A stretch of 64,000 bases of DNA from the IMG/VR virus record IMGVR_UViG_3300027541_000009, positions 1-64,000 of that record; one strand, written 5' to 3'. Numbering within the stretch: the stretch's first letter is position 1; the number at the start of each line of letters is the position of its first letter. Both the position numbers and the translations under genes were made by a program. Under the pieces are notes generated by a model. That model was not told the DNA's origin and did no database searches. It saw only the letters and a program-made list of their open reading frames with translations. Positions 43,395 through 55,800 of this stretch are shown one piece after another.

Positions 43395-46300
43395 ATGCCA
43401 ACAAGAGTAGTTCCAGGTTTTGGTGCTGTTTTAAAACCGAACTTTAATACCAGTTATAGTGTTACTTCAATAGATGTAATTAATGGTGGAACTGGATATG
43501 CATCAACAGACCCACCTAAAATAGTAATACAAGGAACTAGCACTCCTGCAGTTGAAGGAATTTTTGAGCCTGTAATAAATATCGATGGAGAAATAACAGA
43601 AATAATAATAATTGATGGGGGTAGTGGATATATTCCTAATAAAATTTTTGGAGATAAAATAGGAATACAGACGACTTCATATGTAGAAAGTTCAAAACTT
43701 GTACAAAAAGGAACAGATACCAATAATCCATACGTTTCTGTTGCATCAACCGAGTCTAGTATTATTATGGAAGTTATTGGAGGTAATGGATCCTCCATAT
43801 ATGAAAATGGATATAATGTTGCAGTGTCTACATCTGTAGTTGGAGTTTCTTCTTCAGTAATTCCAAATTTTTCATCAAATCAAAATGAATTTTATGGATT
43901 CTTTAATCCATTTCCTGCATATTTAACTAGTGGATCAGGTACTGGTGCAAAGTTCAGTGTTTTTATCGTTTATAATTCTACTACAGGATCTCCAATATCA
44001 ACATCTTTAATTTTAAGAGAGGGTGGAAGAGGATATTCAATTGGAGATACAGTTTCAATTGCAGGAACTTTTATGAATGGGTCATCTCCAGAAAATGACC
44101 TAACATTTACGGTATCAAAATTATCTAATACAAGGATTGTATCTGCAGCTAACAGTTCATTTAATGATATTCCATCATCAACCATAGTTGGATTTGGTAC
44201 TGGTGCTAAATTTAATGTCTCTAGAGATTTATTTGGAGATATATCAGTAATTGATGTCTCATATGGTGGTTCTGGTTATGCAATGACTGATAAAATTAGT
44301 GTGGCAGGAACTTACATTGGAGGAATAAGTCCACAAGATGATCTATTATTATCTCCAATTTTATTAGGTACAGATAAACTTCCAAAAACTTTATATGTTA
44401 ATAAAACAGATGATAATAATATAAAAGTATCAGGTCTATCTACTTCACAACCTTTAAATCTTTTAAGTCTTGGAATAGGAACACATAGTTTCACTTTAGA
44501 TGATCCAAATGCAAGTTCATTAATTGCAATTGATAATGTTGTTCAAAATCCAATTTATAATACTAATTTAAATTTAGAATTGGATGCAAATATTTCTACT
44601 GCATCTTCAAGTATTACAGTAAGTTCTGGAATATCTTCAATATTTACTACGGATATAATTAAAATTGGTAATGAATTAATGAAGATTATTAATTTGGGAA
44701 TATCAGGTCCCAATGACATTGAAGTTGAACGTGGTTTTATGGGAACATCTGCAGATTCGCATATAGCAGGTTCTTCAATTGAAATTGTAAGAGGAAATTA
44801 TAATATTATTAAGGATGAAATATATTTTGCATCTCCACCATATGGTCCAACTGGACTTCCTGGAATTGAAATTACATCTAGATTCAATGGAAGAGCATTT
44901 AGTAGAAGGTTTGATCCAGGAATTCCAAATGATAAAAATATCATTTTTGATGACATCTCAGATCAATTTACTGGAATTGGAGCAACGGAATTTATATTAA
45001 AGTCTAAGGGTGAGGATGTAGTTGGAATATTTACTAATACGAATAGTATTTTGGGAAGTACAATTGATATTAATAATAATCCATTCATCTTAATTAACAA
45101 TATTCCTCAAATATCTAAAAAAGATTTTACCATCGATACTCCTGGTCAAAATACAATTAGATTCATTAGTGGAGTTCCATTAGCAGGAAAAATTACAAAG
45201 GTAGGCATTACCACAGGATATGGATATGTGCCCCTTGTAGGTGCTTCTGCAACGGTCTCAGTATCCTCAAGTGGTTCTATTGATAATGTGTATCTTACTG
45301 GGTATGGAAGTGGGTATAGAACCCCTCCAGTTATTGATATACTGTCCACTGTAGGATCTGGAGCAAAGATCTCAGCTTCAGTAGGAGTAGGTGGAACTAT
45401 AACTGGACTAACTATAGTTAATTCTGGATATGGATATACTAATTCACAATTACCAAATGTTAGAATTGGAATCCCATCAAGTTATAGTGATTTATCATTA
45501 GAGTATGTATCTGGAAGTGGATTGGGGCAAGGTGCTAAAGTTTCAGTAAATGTTGGAAGTGCATCTAGTATTATAGGATTTAATTTAGAAGAAAATGGAG
45601 TCTCATATAAAGTAGGAGATATCCTAAAAGTTGTAGGGTTAACTACAAATCCGAATGTAGGTAATTCTTTTGAAGAATTTGAAATTACAGTTGAAGAGAT
45701 ATTTACTGATAAATTTAGTGGATTTTACCCTGGACAATTCATACAATTTGATAGTATCAGTAAATATTTTAATGGAACTAAAACTAAATTTATATTAACA
45801 GTAACTGTTGCAGGAACTACTGAAGTTTTAAGTTTAAAAACTGATCCAAATTCTGATTTAAGAATAGAAAATAATTTATTTGTTTATATTAATGATGTAC
45901 TCCAAGTTCCAGGTGAATCTTACACCTATTCGGGATCTAGAATTATTTTCAAAGAAGCTCCCAAAACAGGATCTAAGTGCGATATTTTATTCTATAGAGG
46001 ATCCGATTTAGATGTTGAACAAGTAGATCCACCAAAAACTATTAAGGAAGGTGATATTGTAAGAATTAAAGAAAATATTTTTGATTTATTTGATAGAGAA
46101 CAATTTGATAGAGTTGTTAAAAACATTGTATCAACTGAAATTTTAGATACATTCCCATATGATAGTTTGGGAATTAATACGAATCCAACAAAAGAAAGAC
46201 CTTTAGATTGGACAAAACAAACTCAAGATAAAATAATTAATGGAGTTTTATATTCAAAAGCAAGACCTGGATTAAAATCAAGAATTATCCCCAATACAAG

Positions 46301-48239
46301 TATTATTAAAAACGTATCACAAGATGATGAACAAATCTATGTAAATAATGCATTCCCATTATTTTCAGATTTAGATAAAAACAAAGGTATAAGTGAGGAA
46401 TTGAGAGACATATTTATTGTAAACAACATAGATATCAATCCCGGAATTTCTACTGCAATAGTTTCTGCTGCTACTACAATTTCAAATATAGATTTAGTAG
46501 ATCCTGGCAATGGTTATTACCAATTAACTAATCCTGAAGTTTCAATATCTCCATCATTCATAGTTAAGAAAGATCCAATTTATAATTGGCAAACTATCAG
46601 TGGAATTACAACTTTAAATTACAATGCAGTATCTGCAGGAAATCTTATTGTTGCAATAGGTGAAGATAATAATTTGGCAATAAGTACAAATGGATTAGGT
46701 TGGAATAATGTTTCAATAGGTGGATCATCAATTATAGATTTTAATGCAGTTGAGGTTGCACAACCTTCAGATAGATACGTTGCTGTTGGAAGTAGTGCAA
46801 ATGTGTATAGAGCATTGGGTGTAAATAATTCTACTACAACTTGGACAAAAGTATCTCTAATCAAAGAAGTCCAATATGTTGGGCAAACTTTATCTAGAAT
46901 TCCAAGTACATATTCAGGAACATTTAATGATCTTTCATATAATAGTGCTAAAGATGTATGGGCAATAGTTGGAACTTCAGGTGGATTGTTTTCTTCTGTA
47001 GGAATAAACACTGACAGAATGGTTGAACGTATAATATCGTTTAATGATTTAAATTCAATTACTAATAATAATGATACATTTGTATCTGTTGGAAATAATG
47101 GAGACATAGTTTATTCTCCAGATGGAATTTTCTGGTATCCATCTCCAAATAAGATTACAGTTCAGAATTTAAATGATGTCGTTTGGGATGGTAATAAATT
47201 TGTTGCAGTGGGAAATAATGGAATTATCTTAATTTCTTCAAATGGAATAGATTGGTCAGAACTTGTAATTGAAAATACTTCTATTAATTTTAAAAAGATA
47301 AAATATTATGATAATTTCTATACTTCACTTGATAGTAATGGAACTTTACTCTTCTCTTTTGATTTAATTCATTGGGTTAAGAGAGATACAAATCAATTAA
47401 ACCCAATTAATGATTTAATCTATATCCCAAATCTTGGAAATGAAGGTAGATACATTGGTGTTGGAAATAGTGGTACGATAATATATGCGGAACCTATAAT
47501 TAATAAAGCAGTTGCTATAAGTACAGTGTCTGATGAAAAGATTTCATCTATTACTATAGTAAACGGTGGATTTGGATATTCTAGAATAAATCCACCACCA
47601 ATTCTTATTCAATCAGATACTATTAAAAAAGAAGAAATTAAATCTATTAAGGCAATTGGTGATTATGGAACAATTATTGGAATTAATACATTTTCTGAAG
47701 GATCTCCTGGAATTGGAACTACTTCACCTAAACTAGAATTTGTCCTTAAATCTGAATTTTATGATAATGATTCTCTAGGAATAGGATATTCATCACTCAA
47801 TACATATGGTGTACAATATAGTTCACTTTCTGTTGGAGATTACTTTGTTCTTGTAGATACTAATGCAACATGTGGTCATGCTTTAACTGGAATAACGACC
47901 AGTAAAAATGGAATGGCAAATTATCCAGAATCTAGAGTTGGAACTGCAGTCAGTTTCCTGGATGGAGTTTATATTGTTGAAAGTGTAACTCCAGCATCTC
48001 TCGGAATTGTTACTGTAGGATGTAATTTTGCACCAATTCCTTCTATAGGTGCAGATGTAATTGAAGTAAATCCAGGTGTAAATACTACTGGTTATTATGG
48101 AAGTTACAGTTGGGGTAAAATATTTGGTTATGAATCTAGATCTAGAGGAATTCCTAAAGATTTCGTAGTCAATACCAATGATGGTCTTGTTGGATTGAAT
48201 ACTGGTCCTAAGATTTATAGAAGTCGTGGACTTATTTAA
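43395..48239 (+). CDS. gp7-like C-terminal part / large baseplate protein with beta-propeller insertion
   Basis: GGSGY repeats, DDISDQF.G....F.L, GDIVRIKE, YSWGKI C-terminus; Asp-box-like repeats. Confidence 0.7.
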   Translation: MPTRVVPGFGAVLKPNFNTSYSVTSIDVINGGTGYASTDPPKIVIQGTSTPAVEGIFEPVINIDGEITEIIIIDGGSGYIPNKIFGDKIGIQTTSYVESSKLVQKGTDTNNPYVSVASTESSIIMEVIGGNGSSIYENGYNVAVSTSVVGVSSSVIPNFSSNQNEFYGFFNPFPAYLTSGSGTGAKFSVFIVYNSTTGSPISTSLILREGGRGYSIGDTVSIAGTFMNGSSPENDLTFTVSKLSNTRIVSAANSSFNDIPSSTIVGFGTGAKFNVSRDLFGDISVIDVSYGGSGYAMTDKISVAGTYIGGISPQDDLLLSPILLGTDKLPKTLYVNKTDDNNIKVSGLSTSQPLNLLSLGIGTHSFTLDDPNASSLIAIDNVVQNPIYNTNLNLELDANISTASSSITVSSGISSIFTTDIIKIGNELMKIINLGISGPNDIEVERGFMGTSADSHIAGSSIEIVRGNYNIIKDEIYFASPPYGPTGLPGIEITSRFNGRAFSRRFDPGIPNDKNIIFDDISDQFTGIGATEFILKSKGEDVVGIFTNTNSILGSTIDINNNPFILINNIPQISKKDFTIDTPGQNTIRFISGVPLAGKITKVGITTGYGYVPLVGASATVSVSSSGSIDNVYLTGYGSGYRTPPVIDILSTVGSGAKISASVGVGGTITGLTIVNSGYGYTNSQLPNVRIGIPSSYSDLSLEYVSGSGLGQGAKVSVNVGSASSIIGFNLEENGVSYKVGDILKVVGLTTNPNVGNSFEEFEITVEEIFTDKFSGFYPGQFIQFDSISKYFNGTKTKFILTVTVAGTTEVLSLKTDPNSDLRIENNLFVYINDVLQVPGESYTYSGSRIIFKEAPKTGSKCDILFYRGSDLDVEQVDPPKTIKEGDIVRIKENIFDLFDREQFDRVVKNIVSTEILDTFPYDSLGINTNPTKERPLDWTKQTQDKIINGVLYSKARPGLKSRIIPNTSIIKNVSQDDEQIYVNNAFPLFSDLDKNKGISEELRDIFIVNNIDINPGISTAIVSAATTISNIDLVDPGNGYYQLTNPEVSISPSFIVKKDPIYNWQTISGITTLNYNAVSAGNLIVAIGEDNNLAISTNGLGWNNVSIGGSSIIDFNAVEVAQPSDRYVAVGSSANVYRALGVNNSTTTWTKVSLIKEVQYVGQTLSRIPSTYSGTFNDLSYNSAKDVWAIVGTSGGLFSSVGINTDRMVERIISFNDLNSITNNNDTFVSVGNNGDIVYSPDGIFWYPSPNKITVQNLNDVVWDGNKFVAVGNNGIILISSNGIDWSELVIENTSINFKKIKYYDNFYTSLDSNGTLLFSFDLIHWVKRDTNQLNPINDLIYIPNLGNEGRYIGVGNSGTIIYAEPIINKAVAISTVSDEKISSITIVNGGFGYSRINPPPILIQSDTIKKEEIKSIKAIGDYGTIIGINTFSEGSPGIGTTSPKLEFVLKSEFYDNDSLGIGYSSLNTYGVQYSSLSVGDYFVLVDTNATCGHALTGITTSKNGMANYPESRVGTAVSFLDGVYIVESVTPASLGIVTVGCNFAPIPSIGADVIEVNPGVNTTGYYGSYSWGKIFGYESRSRGIPKDFVVNTNDGLVGLNTGPKIYRSRGLI

Positions 48240-48266
48240 TAAATAATAAAAAGTTTCTCGTGTAAA

Positions 48267-49832
48267 ATGCCTGCAATTATATCTGACCAATTTAGAATAA
48301 TGAATGCTGAAACTTTTGTAAAAAGCATCGTTTCAGTAGGAAATAGTACAAATTATTACTATACATTTTTAGGTCAACCAAATTGTTATAACGAATTGGC
48401 AGGTGGATCTCCAAATTGGGGAGAAGGTCTACCACCTCTAGATGGATTTCAAGAAGAAAATGAAATAAAAAATAGTATTATATCTCTAAAAAGAGTAACT
48501 GATAGTGATATCAGGAGAATGATACGTAAGTTGAAATGGATTTCGGGAAATACATATGAAATGTATCGTCATGATTATTCAATCTATAATAAAACACCAA
48601 ATACAACTCAAAGTAGTTTATATGAAGCAAATTATTATGTAATTAACGAAGATTTTAGAGTTTATATTTGTCTACAAAATGGAACAGATCCAGAAAATCC
48701 TAGAGGGAAACCATCATTCGATGAACCAACTTTTATTGATCTAGAACCAAGACCTGCAGGAACAAGTGGAGATGGATATATTTGGAAATATTTGTTTACA
48801 ATTAAACCATCAGAAATTGTAAAATTCGATTCAATTGAATATTTACCAGTTCCTGAAAAGTGGGGTGAGATCGGTGAAAGTATTTCTACCAAAAATAATG
48901 CTATAGAAGGAAAAATTGAAATAGTTACTATCAAAAATAGAGGTTCCGAATATCAACCTATTTCTCAAACTTTTACAAATGTACCTATTCTTGGAGATGG
49001 AACTGGAGGTAGAGCAACTATAACAGTCGATTCATTTGGTAAAGTTTCTGAAGTTTATGTTACAGATGGTGGACATGGATATACTAAAGGTATCATAAAG
49101 TTTGAACCAGGTGCACCTGGGATTACAACTTCCTTATCTAATGGTGGAACAATGGCAGAATTTGATGTCATTATTCCACCAAAAGGTGGTCATGGTTATG
49201 ATATTTACAGAGAACTAGGAGCATATCGAGTTCTTATTTACTCTAGATATATTACAGATGAAACAAATCCTGATGTTATTTTAGGAAATGATTTTGCAAG
49301 AGTTGGAATCCTTAAAAATCCAACAGTTTTGGGGAGTGAAGTAGAATTACTTAATAAATCTGAAGTCAGTGCATTAAAATCATTAAAATTAGTTGGAATT
49401 ACCTCACAAACTACTTATGCAGTAGATAGTAGAATTACACAAACTGTCGGTTTAGGTAAAACTGCAATCGGATTTGTTGCATCATGGGATAATGTTACTG
49501 GAGTTTTAAAATATTACCAACCTGTTGGACTTGCTACTGTAGGTGTAAGTTATAAATTACATGATTTTACATCTTCCCCAGAGTCTGGTGGAAATATATT
49601 AATTAATTCATCATCAATTGTAGGACCTGCATTAAATATTCATACAGGTTTTACTGGTCTCAGTACGGTAATAAATAATAGGACTTATCAATTGGGTAGT
49701 TACTTTAATTCTGGTATTTCATCTGCCGAATATAACACTAAATCAGGTGAAATAATTTATATTGATAATAGACAACCAATTCCTCGTTCTAGAAATCAAA
49801 AAGAAGATATTAAAATAGTTTTGGAGTTCTAA
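48267..49832 (+). CDS. gp8: baseplate wedge subunit gp8
   Basis: MPAIISDQFRIMNA..F; W..G..YEMYRHDY; DGYIWKYLFTI; KEDIKIVLEF; ATAAATA at 48239. Confidence 0.92.
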   Translation: MPAIISDQFRIMNAETFVKSIVSVGNSTNYYYTFLGQPNCYNELAGGSPNWGEGLPPLDGFQEENEIKNSIISLKRVTDSDIRRMIRKLKWISGNTYEMYRHDYSIYNKTPNTTQSSLYEANYYVINEDFRVYICLQNGTDPENPRGKPSFDEPTFIDLEPRPAGTSGDGYIWKYLFTIKPSEIVKFDSIEYLPVPEKWGEIGESISTKNNAIEGKIEIVTIKNRGSEYQPISQTFTNVPILGDGTGGRATITVDSFGKVSEVYVTDGGHGYTKGIIKFEPGAPGITTSLSNGGTMAEFDVIIPPKGGHGYDIYRELGAYRVLIYSRYITDETNPDVILGNDFARVGILKNPTVLGSEVELLNKSEVSALKSLKLVGITSQTTYAVDSRITQTVGLGKTAIGFVASWDNVTGVLKYYQPVGLATVGVSYKLHDFTSSPESGGNILINSSSIVGPALNIHTGFTGLSTVINNRTYQLGSYFNSGISSAEYNTKSGEIIYIDNRQPIPRSRNQKEDIKIVLEF

Positions 49833-49838
49833 TAAAAA

Positions 49839-52800
49839 ATGCCTCAAAATACAAACCTAAATGTTTCTCCATATTTTGATGATTTTGATCCATTAAAGAA
49901 TTATCAAAGAGTACTATTTAAACCTGGATATCCAATCCAGTCAAGAGAATTAACTACATTACAATCAATATTACAGAATCAAATTGAAAAGTTTGGGCAA
50001 CATTTCTTCAAAGAAGGATCTGTAGTAATTCCCGGACAAGTTGCTTATGACTCTGAATATACTTCAGTACAAATAAATGATACACATTTAGGAATTCCAG
50101 TTTCATCCTATATTGATAAATTAGTAGGTAAAAAAATAAAAGGTGAAACTAGTGGAGTTGTTGCAAAAGTAGAAAATTATATTACAGGTGTAGAATCAGA
50201 ACGTTCAAATTATACTTTATATGTAAAATACTTAAGTTCAAGTGATACAGATTTTACTACCACTACATTTTTAGATGGAGAAAATTTAATAACTCTTGAG
50301 ACAATCGATTATAGTTTAACGTCTATTGTTGCAAACACTACATTTGCAACTACAATTATTAGTGAATCCACCTCTACAGGATCTGCAATTAAAATTGTTG
50401 AGGGGATTTATTTTATTCGTGGATTCTTTATTACAGTACCTTCCCAAACTGTAATATTAGATCAATATTCAAATTCACCATCTTATAGAATAGGTTTACT
50501 GATCAATGAAGAATTTTCAGTAGCTTCAAATAATAATGATGATTTATTTGATAATGCTCAAGGATTTTCTAACTTTGCTGCTCCTGGTGCAGATAGATTA
50601 AAGATAACTACAACTTTAATCAAAAAAGAGTTAGAAGATTTTAATGATGAAGATTTTGTAGAGTTAGTAAGAATTGAAAATGGTGAAATTAAAAAATTTG
50701 TAAACACTACTAATTATAATTTAATTAGAGATGAATTAGCAAAAAGAACTTATGATGAGTCTGGTGATTATTATATTAAACCTTTTGTAGCATCAATAAA
50801 AGAATCTCTAAATGATAGAGTTGGAAACAATGGAATTTATCTAGAAGGTTTAAAAACAAAGCAAGGTAATACAGCATCTGATGATTTGGCTTGCATCTCT
50901 ATAAGTCCAGGTAAGGCTTATGTAAGAGGATATGGGATTGAAACAGTAAGTAATGAATTAATAGATTTACAAAAACCAAGAACTACTAATAAAGTTATTA
51001 ATTCGGCACTTCCATTTAATATCGGTAGACAAATTACAATTAATAATGTATATGGTTCAGTACCAGTAGGATTTTCAACATTATCTACTGTATATTTGTA
51101 TTCAGATAGGACCACCACTCCTGGAGTTTCATCTGGTGAAATGATAGGAGTTGCTAACGTATATGATTTGAAATCAAAATCATCTGAGTATGCAAATCAA
51201 ACTACAGAATATGAAATATCTTTATATGATGTCCAGACATATACGTTATTAACTTTAAATGCAAACATACAAACTTTAGCAGAATCTACATTTGTCGAAG
51301 GAACAAGTAGTGGAGCAACTGGATATTTAGTATCTACTATTTCAAATTCAAATATTTTAACTTTATATCAAGTATCTGGATCTTTCTTACCCAATGAATC
51401 ATTAAAATTCAATGGAGTGGATGATGGTAGAATTGTTGTAAGTATAAAAGATTATAATTTATCAGATGTACACCAATTTGTAGGAAATAGTGGAGTTTCT
51501 GGAGTTGGAACTTTTACTGCAGATCCAGTCCTATCTAATAGAATTGTTTTAGGAGAACTTGCCGCACAGTTTACAATTACTGGTGCTTCTGGTGGAACAA
51601 GTAATGTTTCAACATCAAGTACAATATTTTATTCTACAGTAAATGTTGGAGATATTATAACATATACAAAACAAGGACAGACTGTTCCAACATACAATAA
51701 AGTTTCTAGTGTAAATGATTATTCTTACTTAACAATAATTCCAACAACTTCAGTTTCTGGAGTATCCAGTGGAGGATTACCAACATCTACAATAGTCGTA
51801 AATGATTTAAGAAAAGCTACATTAGAAATTCAAAAAACATCTAATGCTTATCTTTATTCTAAATTAGAAAATTCTAATGTTTCAAATGTAGATCTAACTG
51901 GATCTAGTATTATATTTAAAAAGTCTTATGATCTAAGCTCTGGTGATATCTCATCTGGATCTGTAAGTAAAACTTTAGAGACAGATTTAGATTTAACTTT
52001 AGAGCCCTTTGACGAAGAGGATTATACTTTAACTTATAAAAATACTGGTAAGGTTGAACCTTTAAATGATCAAAAAGTTTCAATTTCAGGTAGAACTATT
52101 TCTATTTCAGGTCTTACTGGATCAGGACCTGCTACTTTAACTGCGACTTTCAAAAAAATAAATACAAAAAATAAAAAGAAAGTATATAATCGTTCAACAT
52201 CTTTAATTGTATCCAGATCTAATTCAACATCTTCAGGAATTGGGAAATCAACTTTAGATGATGGTTTAGTATACAGTTCAATTTATGGTGTAAGAGTACA
52301 GGATAAAACTATTTCATTAAATATTCCAGATGTTGTAAGTATTACAGGAATATTTGAATCTTCAGATACATCTGATCCAAAACTTCCAGTTCTTACACTT
52401 ACTTCTTTAAATTCTGCATTAACTAATGCAGTGAAAGGTGAAAGAATCATTGGTAAAACTAGCAATGCTGTTGCTACGTATGTAAATAGATTAGATGCCA
52501 ATCAATTAGAATTAGTATATCTCAACGAGAATACATTTAGATCTGGTGAAGTTGTAGTATTTGAGGAATCTAAAATTTCGGGTGAAGTTTTAGATATTAC
52601 TGTCGGTGATAAGAATATTAAATCATCATACACTTTAGATTCTGGATATAGAAGTGAGTATCTAGATTTTTCTAGAATTATTAGAAAAGAAGATAGTGCA
52701 TCTCCAACCAAAAAAATTAGAATTATATTTAACAACTATACATTAAATGCTGAAGATAATGGTGATTTTGTAACTGTAAATTCTTATGATAAAGAAAGAT

Positions 52801-55800
52801 TTAAAAATGATATATTGTCAGTAGATGGTTATCGATCCACTGATGTGATAGATCTCAGACCTAGAGTTCTTCCATATTCTGGAACATATTCTCCGTTTGA
52901 ATATAGATCCAGACAATTTAGTACATCTTCAAATTCATCACCACATATCTTCTCACAAGATAGATTTATAAATCTATCCTATGATTATTATCTTCCAAGA
53001 ATTGATAAACTTTTCTTAAGTAAAGATGGTATTTTTACTTTAAATAGTGGAGTTCCATCAATTAATCCAAAATCACCAGATAATTTAGATTATGCTTTAG
53101 AAATTGCAACATTATATTTACCTCCATATTTGTATGATGTAAAAGATGTTAAAATAAACTTTACAACACATAAGAGATATACTATGAAAGATATCTCTAG
53201 GTTGGAGGATAGAATATCTAATATTGAATATTATACTTCACTTTCACTTTTAGAATCAGACACTCAAAATTTAGTAATTAGAGATCCGCAAACAGGATTA
53301 GATAGATTCAAGGCTGGATTTTTTGTTGACAATTTTAAATCAAATAGTGGTGGGGATCTTTCAAGTCCAATTTATAAAGCAAGTGTAGACACTGCATTAG
53401 GAATGCTGAGACCGCAGCACTATACTACCTCCGTTGATCTTTTACTAGGTTCCGAATCTATTGTTGGTATTGGAACAACATCAAATCCATCAGTAGACCT
53501 TAGATTTGCAAATGATTTAGGATCACTTAATATTAAGAGAACTGGAGATATAATTTCTTTAAATTATTCAGATGTAAAATATATTGAGAATAAATTTGCA
53601 ACCAGAATTGAAAATGTTAATCCATTCTTAGTAACTACTTGGATTGGTAGTCTTGAATTAAATCCATCTACAGACACATGGATTGAAACTAGAAGAACAG
53701 AAAGAACTGAAGATATTGAAGGAACGTATAGGACTGCTATGCAACTTCTTGGAGTTGATAGTAATACTGGATTATCTCCAGTTGATTGGGGTGCTTGGGA
53801 AACTAATTGGACTGGAACAACAACTGTTGCGGGACCATCATTAGGTAGAATTAACGTAGGAAGTCAATTAACTAGCACAAATTGGTTTGGATGGGGAGTC
53901 ACCCAAAACTTCAGAGATACTATTATAGATGTAAGAAATGAAACCACGACTACTACAACAAACCAATCAAGACAAGGAATTCAATTTGGAGTAAGTGAAA
54001 GATTTGATAGCACAAGTCTAGGAGATAGAGTCGTTTCTAGATCAATTATTAGTTTAATGAGATCTAGAAATATTGAAGTTATTGCAAGAAGACTGAAACC
54101 TAATACTAGATTTTATGGATTCTTCGATAATGTAGATATGACTGAGTATATTGTTCCAAAACTCATTGAAGTTACAATGAGCAGTGGAACATTTGCTAAA
54201 GGTGAAACTGTAGTTGGTGTATTGGGATCAAAGACTATCAGATTTAGACTTGCAAACCAAAATCACAAGTATGGTCCATATAATGCACCAATTGAGGTCT
54301 ATAAGACTAATCCATATCAACCAGAAAATTCATTATCAACAAATTATTCATCAACAACAACAGTTCTTAACGTAGATACTGCAAGTTTAGAACTTCAAGC
54401 AAATTCAGAATTCTTTGGATCTATTTCTGCTAATATGAAATTAGTAGGTGAAACTAGTGGTGCAATTGCCACTGTATCTCAAATTAGACTTATTACTGAT
54501 AATGCAGGAGTCTTTATTGGTTCATTGTTTATCCCAGATCCAACAACTCCATCTACTCCTTCATTTAAAACAGGAACTAAAACATTTGTATTGACTTCAA
54601 GTTCTACTAATTCTTCAATTGTTGGATTTACTCAAAGTACGGCAGAAAATAACTTCACTTCAAGTGGAACTTTAGATAATGTTGAAGAGTTGACACTTAG
54701 AATTAGAAATGCTGATGTAGAAAGAATTCCTAGATCAGAATCTAGAGTAGTAACTAGTGTAGAAAGTGGTCTTGAAGTTGCTGCAATAACTGAAAATAGA
54801 TCAGTTACAACAATATTCCCACCACCTCCAAGAAGAATTGATCCACTTGCTCAATCTTTTGAAGTCACTGATCCAAATGGAGTATTTGTTACTAAGTGTG
54901 ATGTTTATTTTAGAAGTAAGTCATCAAATGATATTCCAGTTGTTCTACAAATTAGAACAATGCAAACTGGTTTACCAACTCAAACTATATTACCATTCTC
55001 TGAAGTAACATTAGATTCAGATAATGTAAAAGTTTCAGAAGATGGAACAGTTTCCACTACATTTACATTCCCATCACCTGTATACTTAGAGTCTGGGAAT
55101 GAATATTCTTTAGTATTACTTTCATATTCAGATGAATATACAGTATGGATCTCCAGAATGGGTGAAGCAGATGTTTCAACATTAGATTTACCGGAAAGTG
55201 AAAGAATTATTGTTTCTCAACAACCTCTTCTTGGATCATTATTTAAATCACAAAATGCATCAACTTGGGATGCAAGTCAATATGAAGATCTTAAATTTAC
55301 TCTTTATAGAGCAGAATTTTCTAGAACTGGTGGTTCCGTAAGATTCTATAATCCAGATCTAGGAATTGGTAATAGACAAGTTGCATCATTAAGACCAAAT
55401 CCAATAACTGCTTATTCAAGATCTGCTGTCATTGGATTGGGTAAGAGTTTGTCCTCAGCAGACTCTGTATTATTCACCAATGGTAGTACCATTACTCAAG
55501 AAAATAATACAAATTTCTCAGGTAATTTAAAATCAGTTCTTGGGGCAGTTGGTGTCGGATCTACCTTAAGTATTACAAATTCTGGAACAGGATTTGTAGG
55601 ATTCTTAACAACTTATTCAAATGTTGATTTAGTTACTCTTACTGGTTCAGGATCTGGAGCAAAAGCAAGCATTACTGTTTTCAATGGAGTTGCTATAGCA
55701 GCTACAGTCTCTAAAGGTGGTTCTGGATATGCAGTTGGAGATACTTTAACAATAGATTCGGAAAATACTGGAAACTTTGGTAAAAACTTAATTTTAAGTA

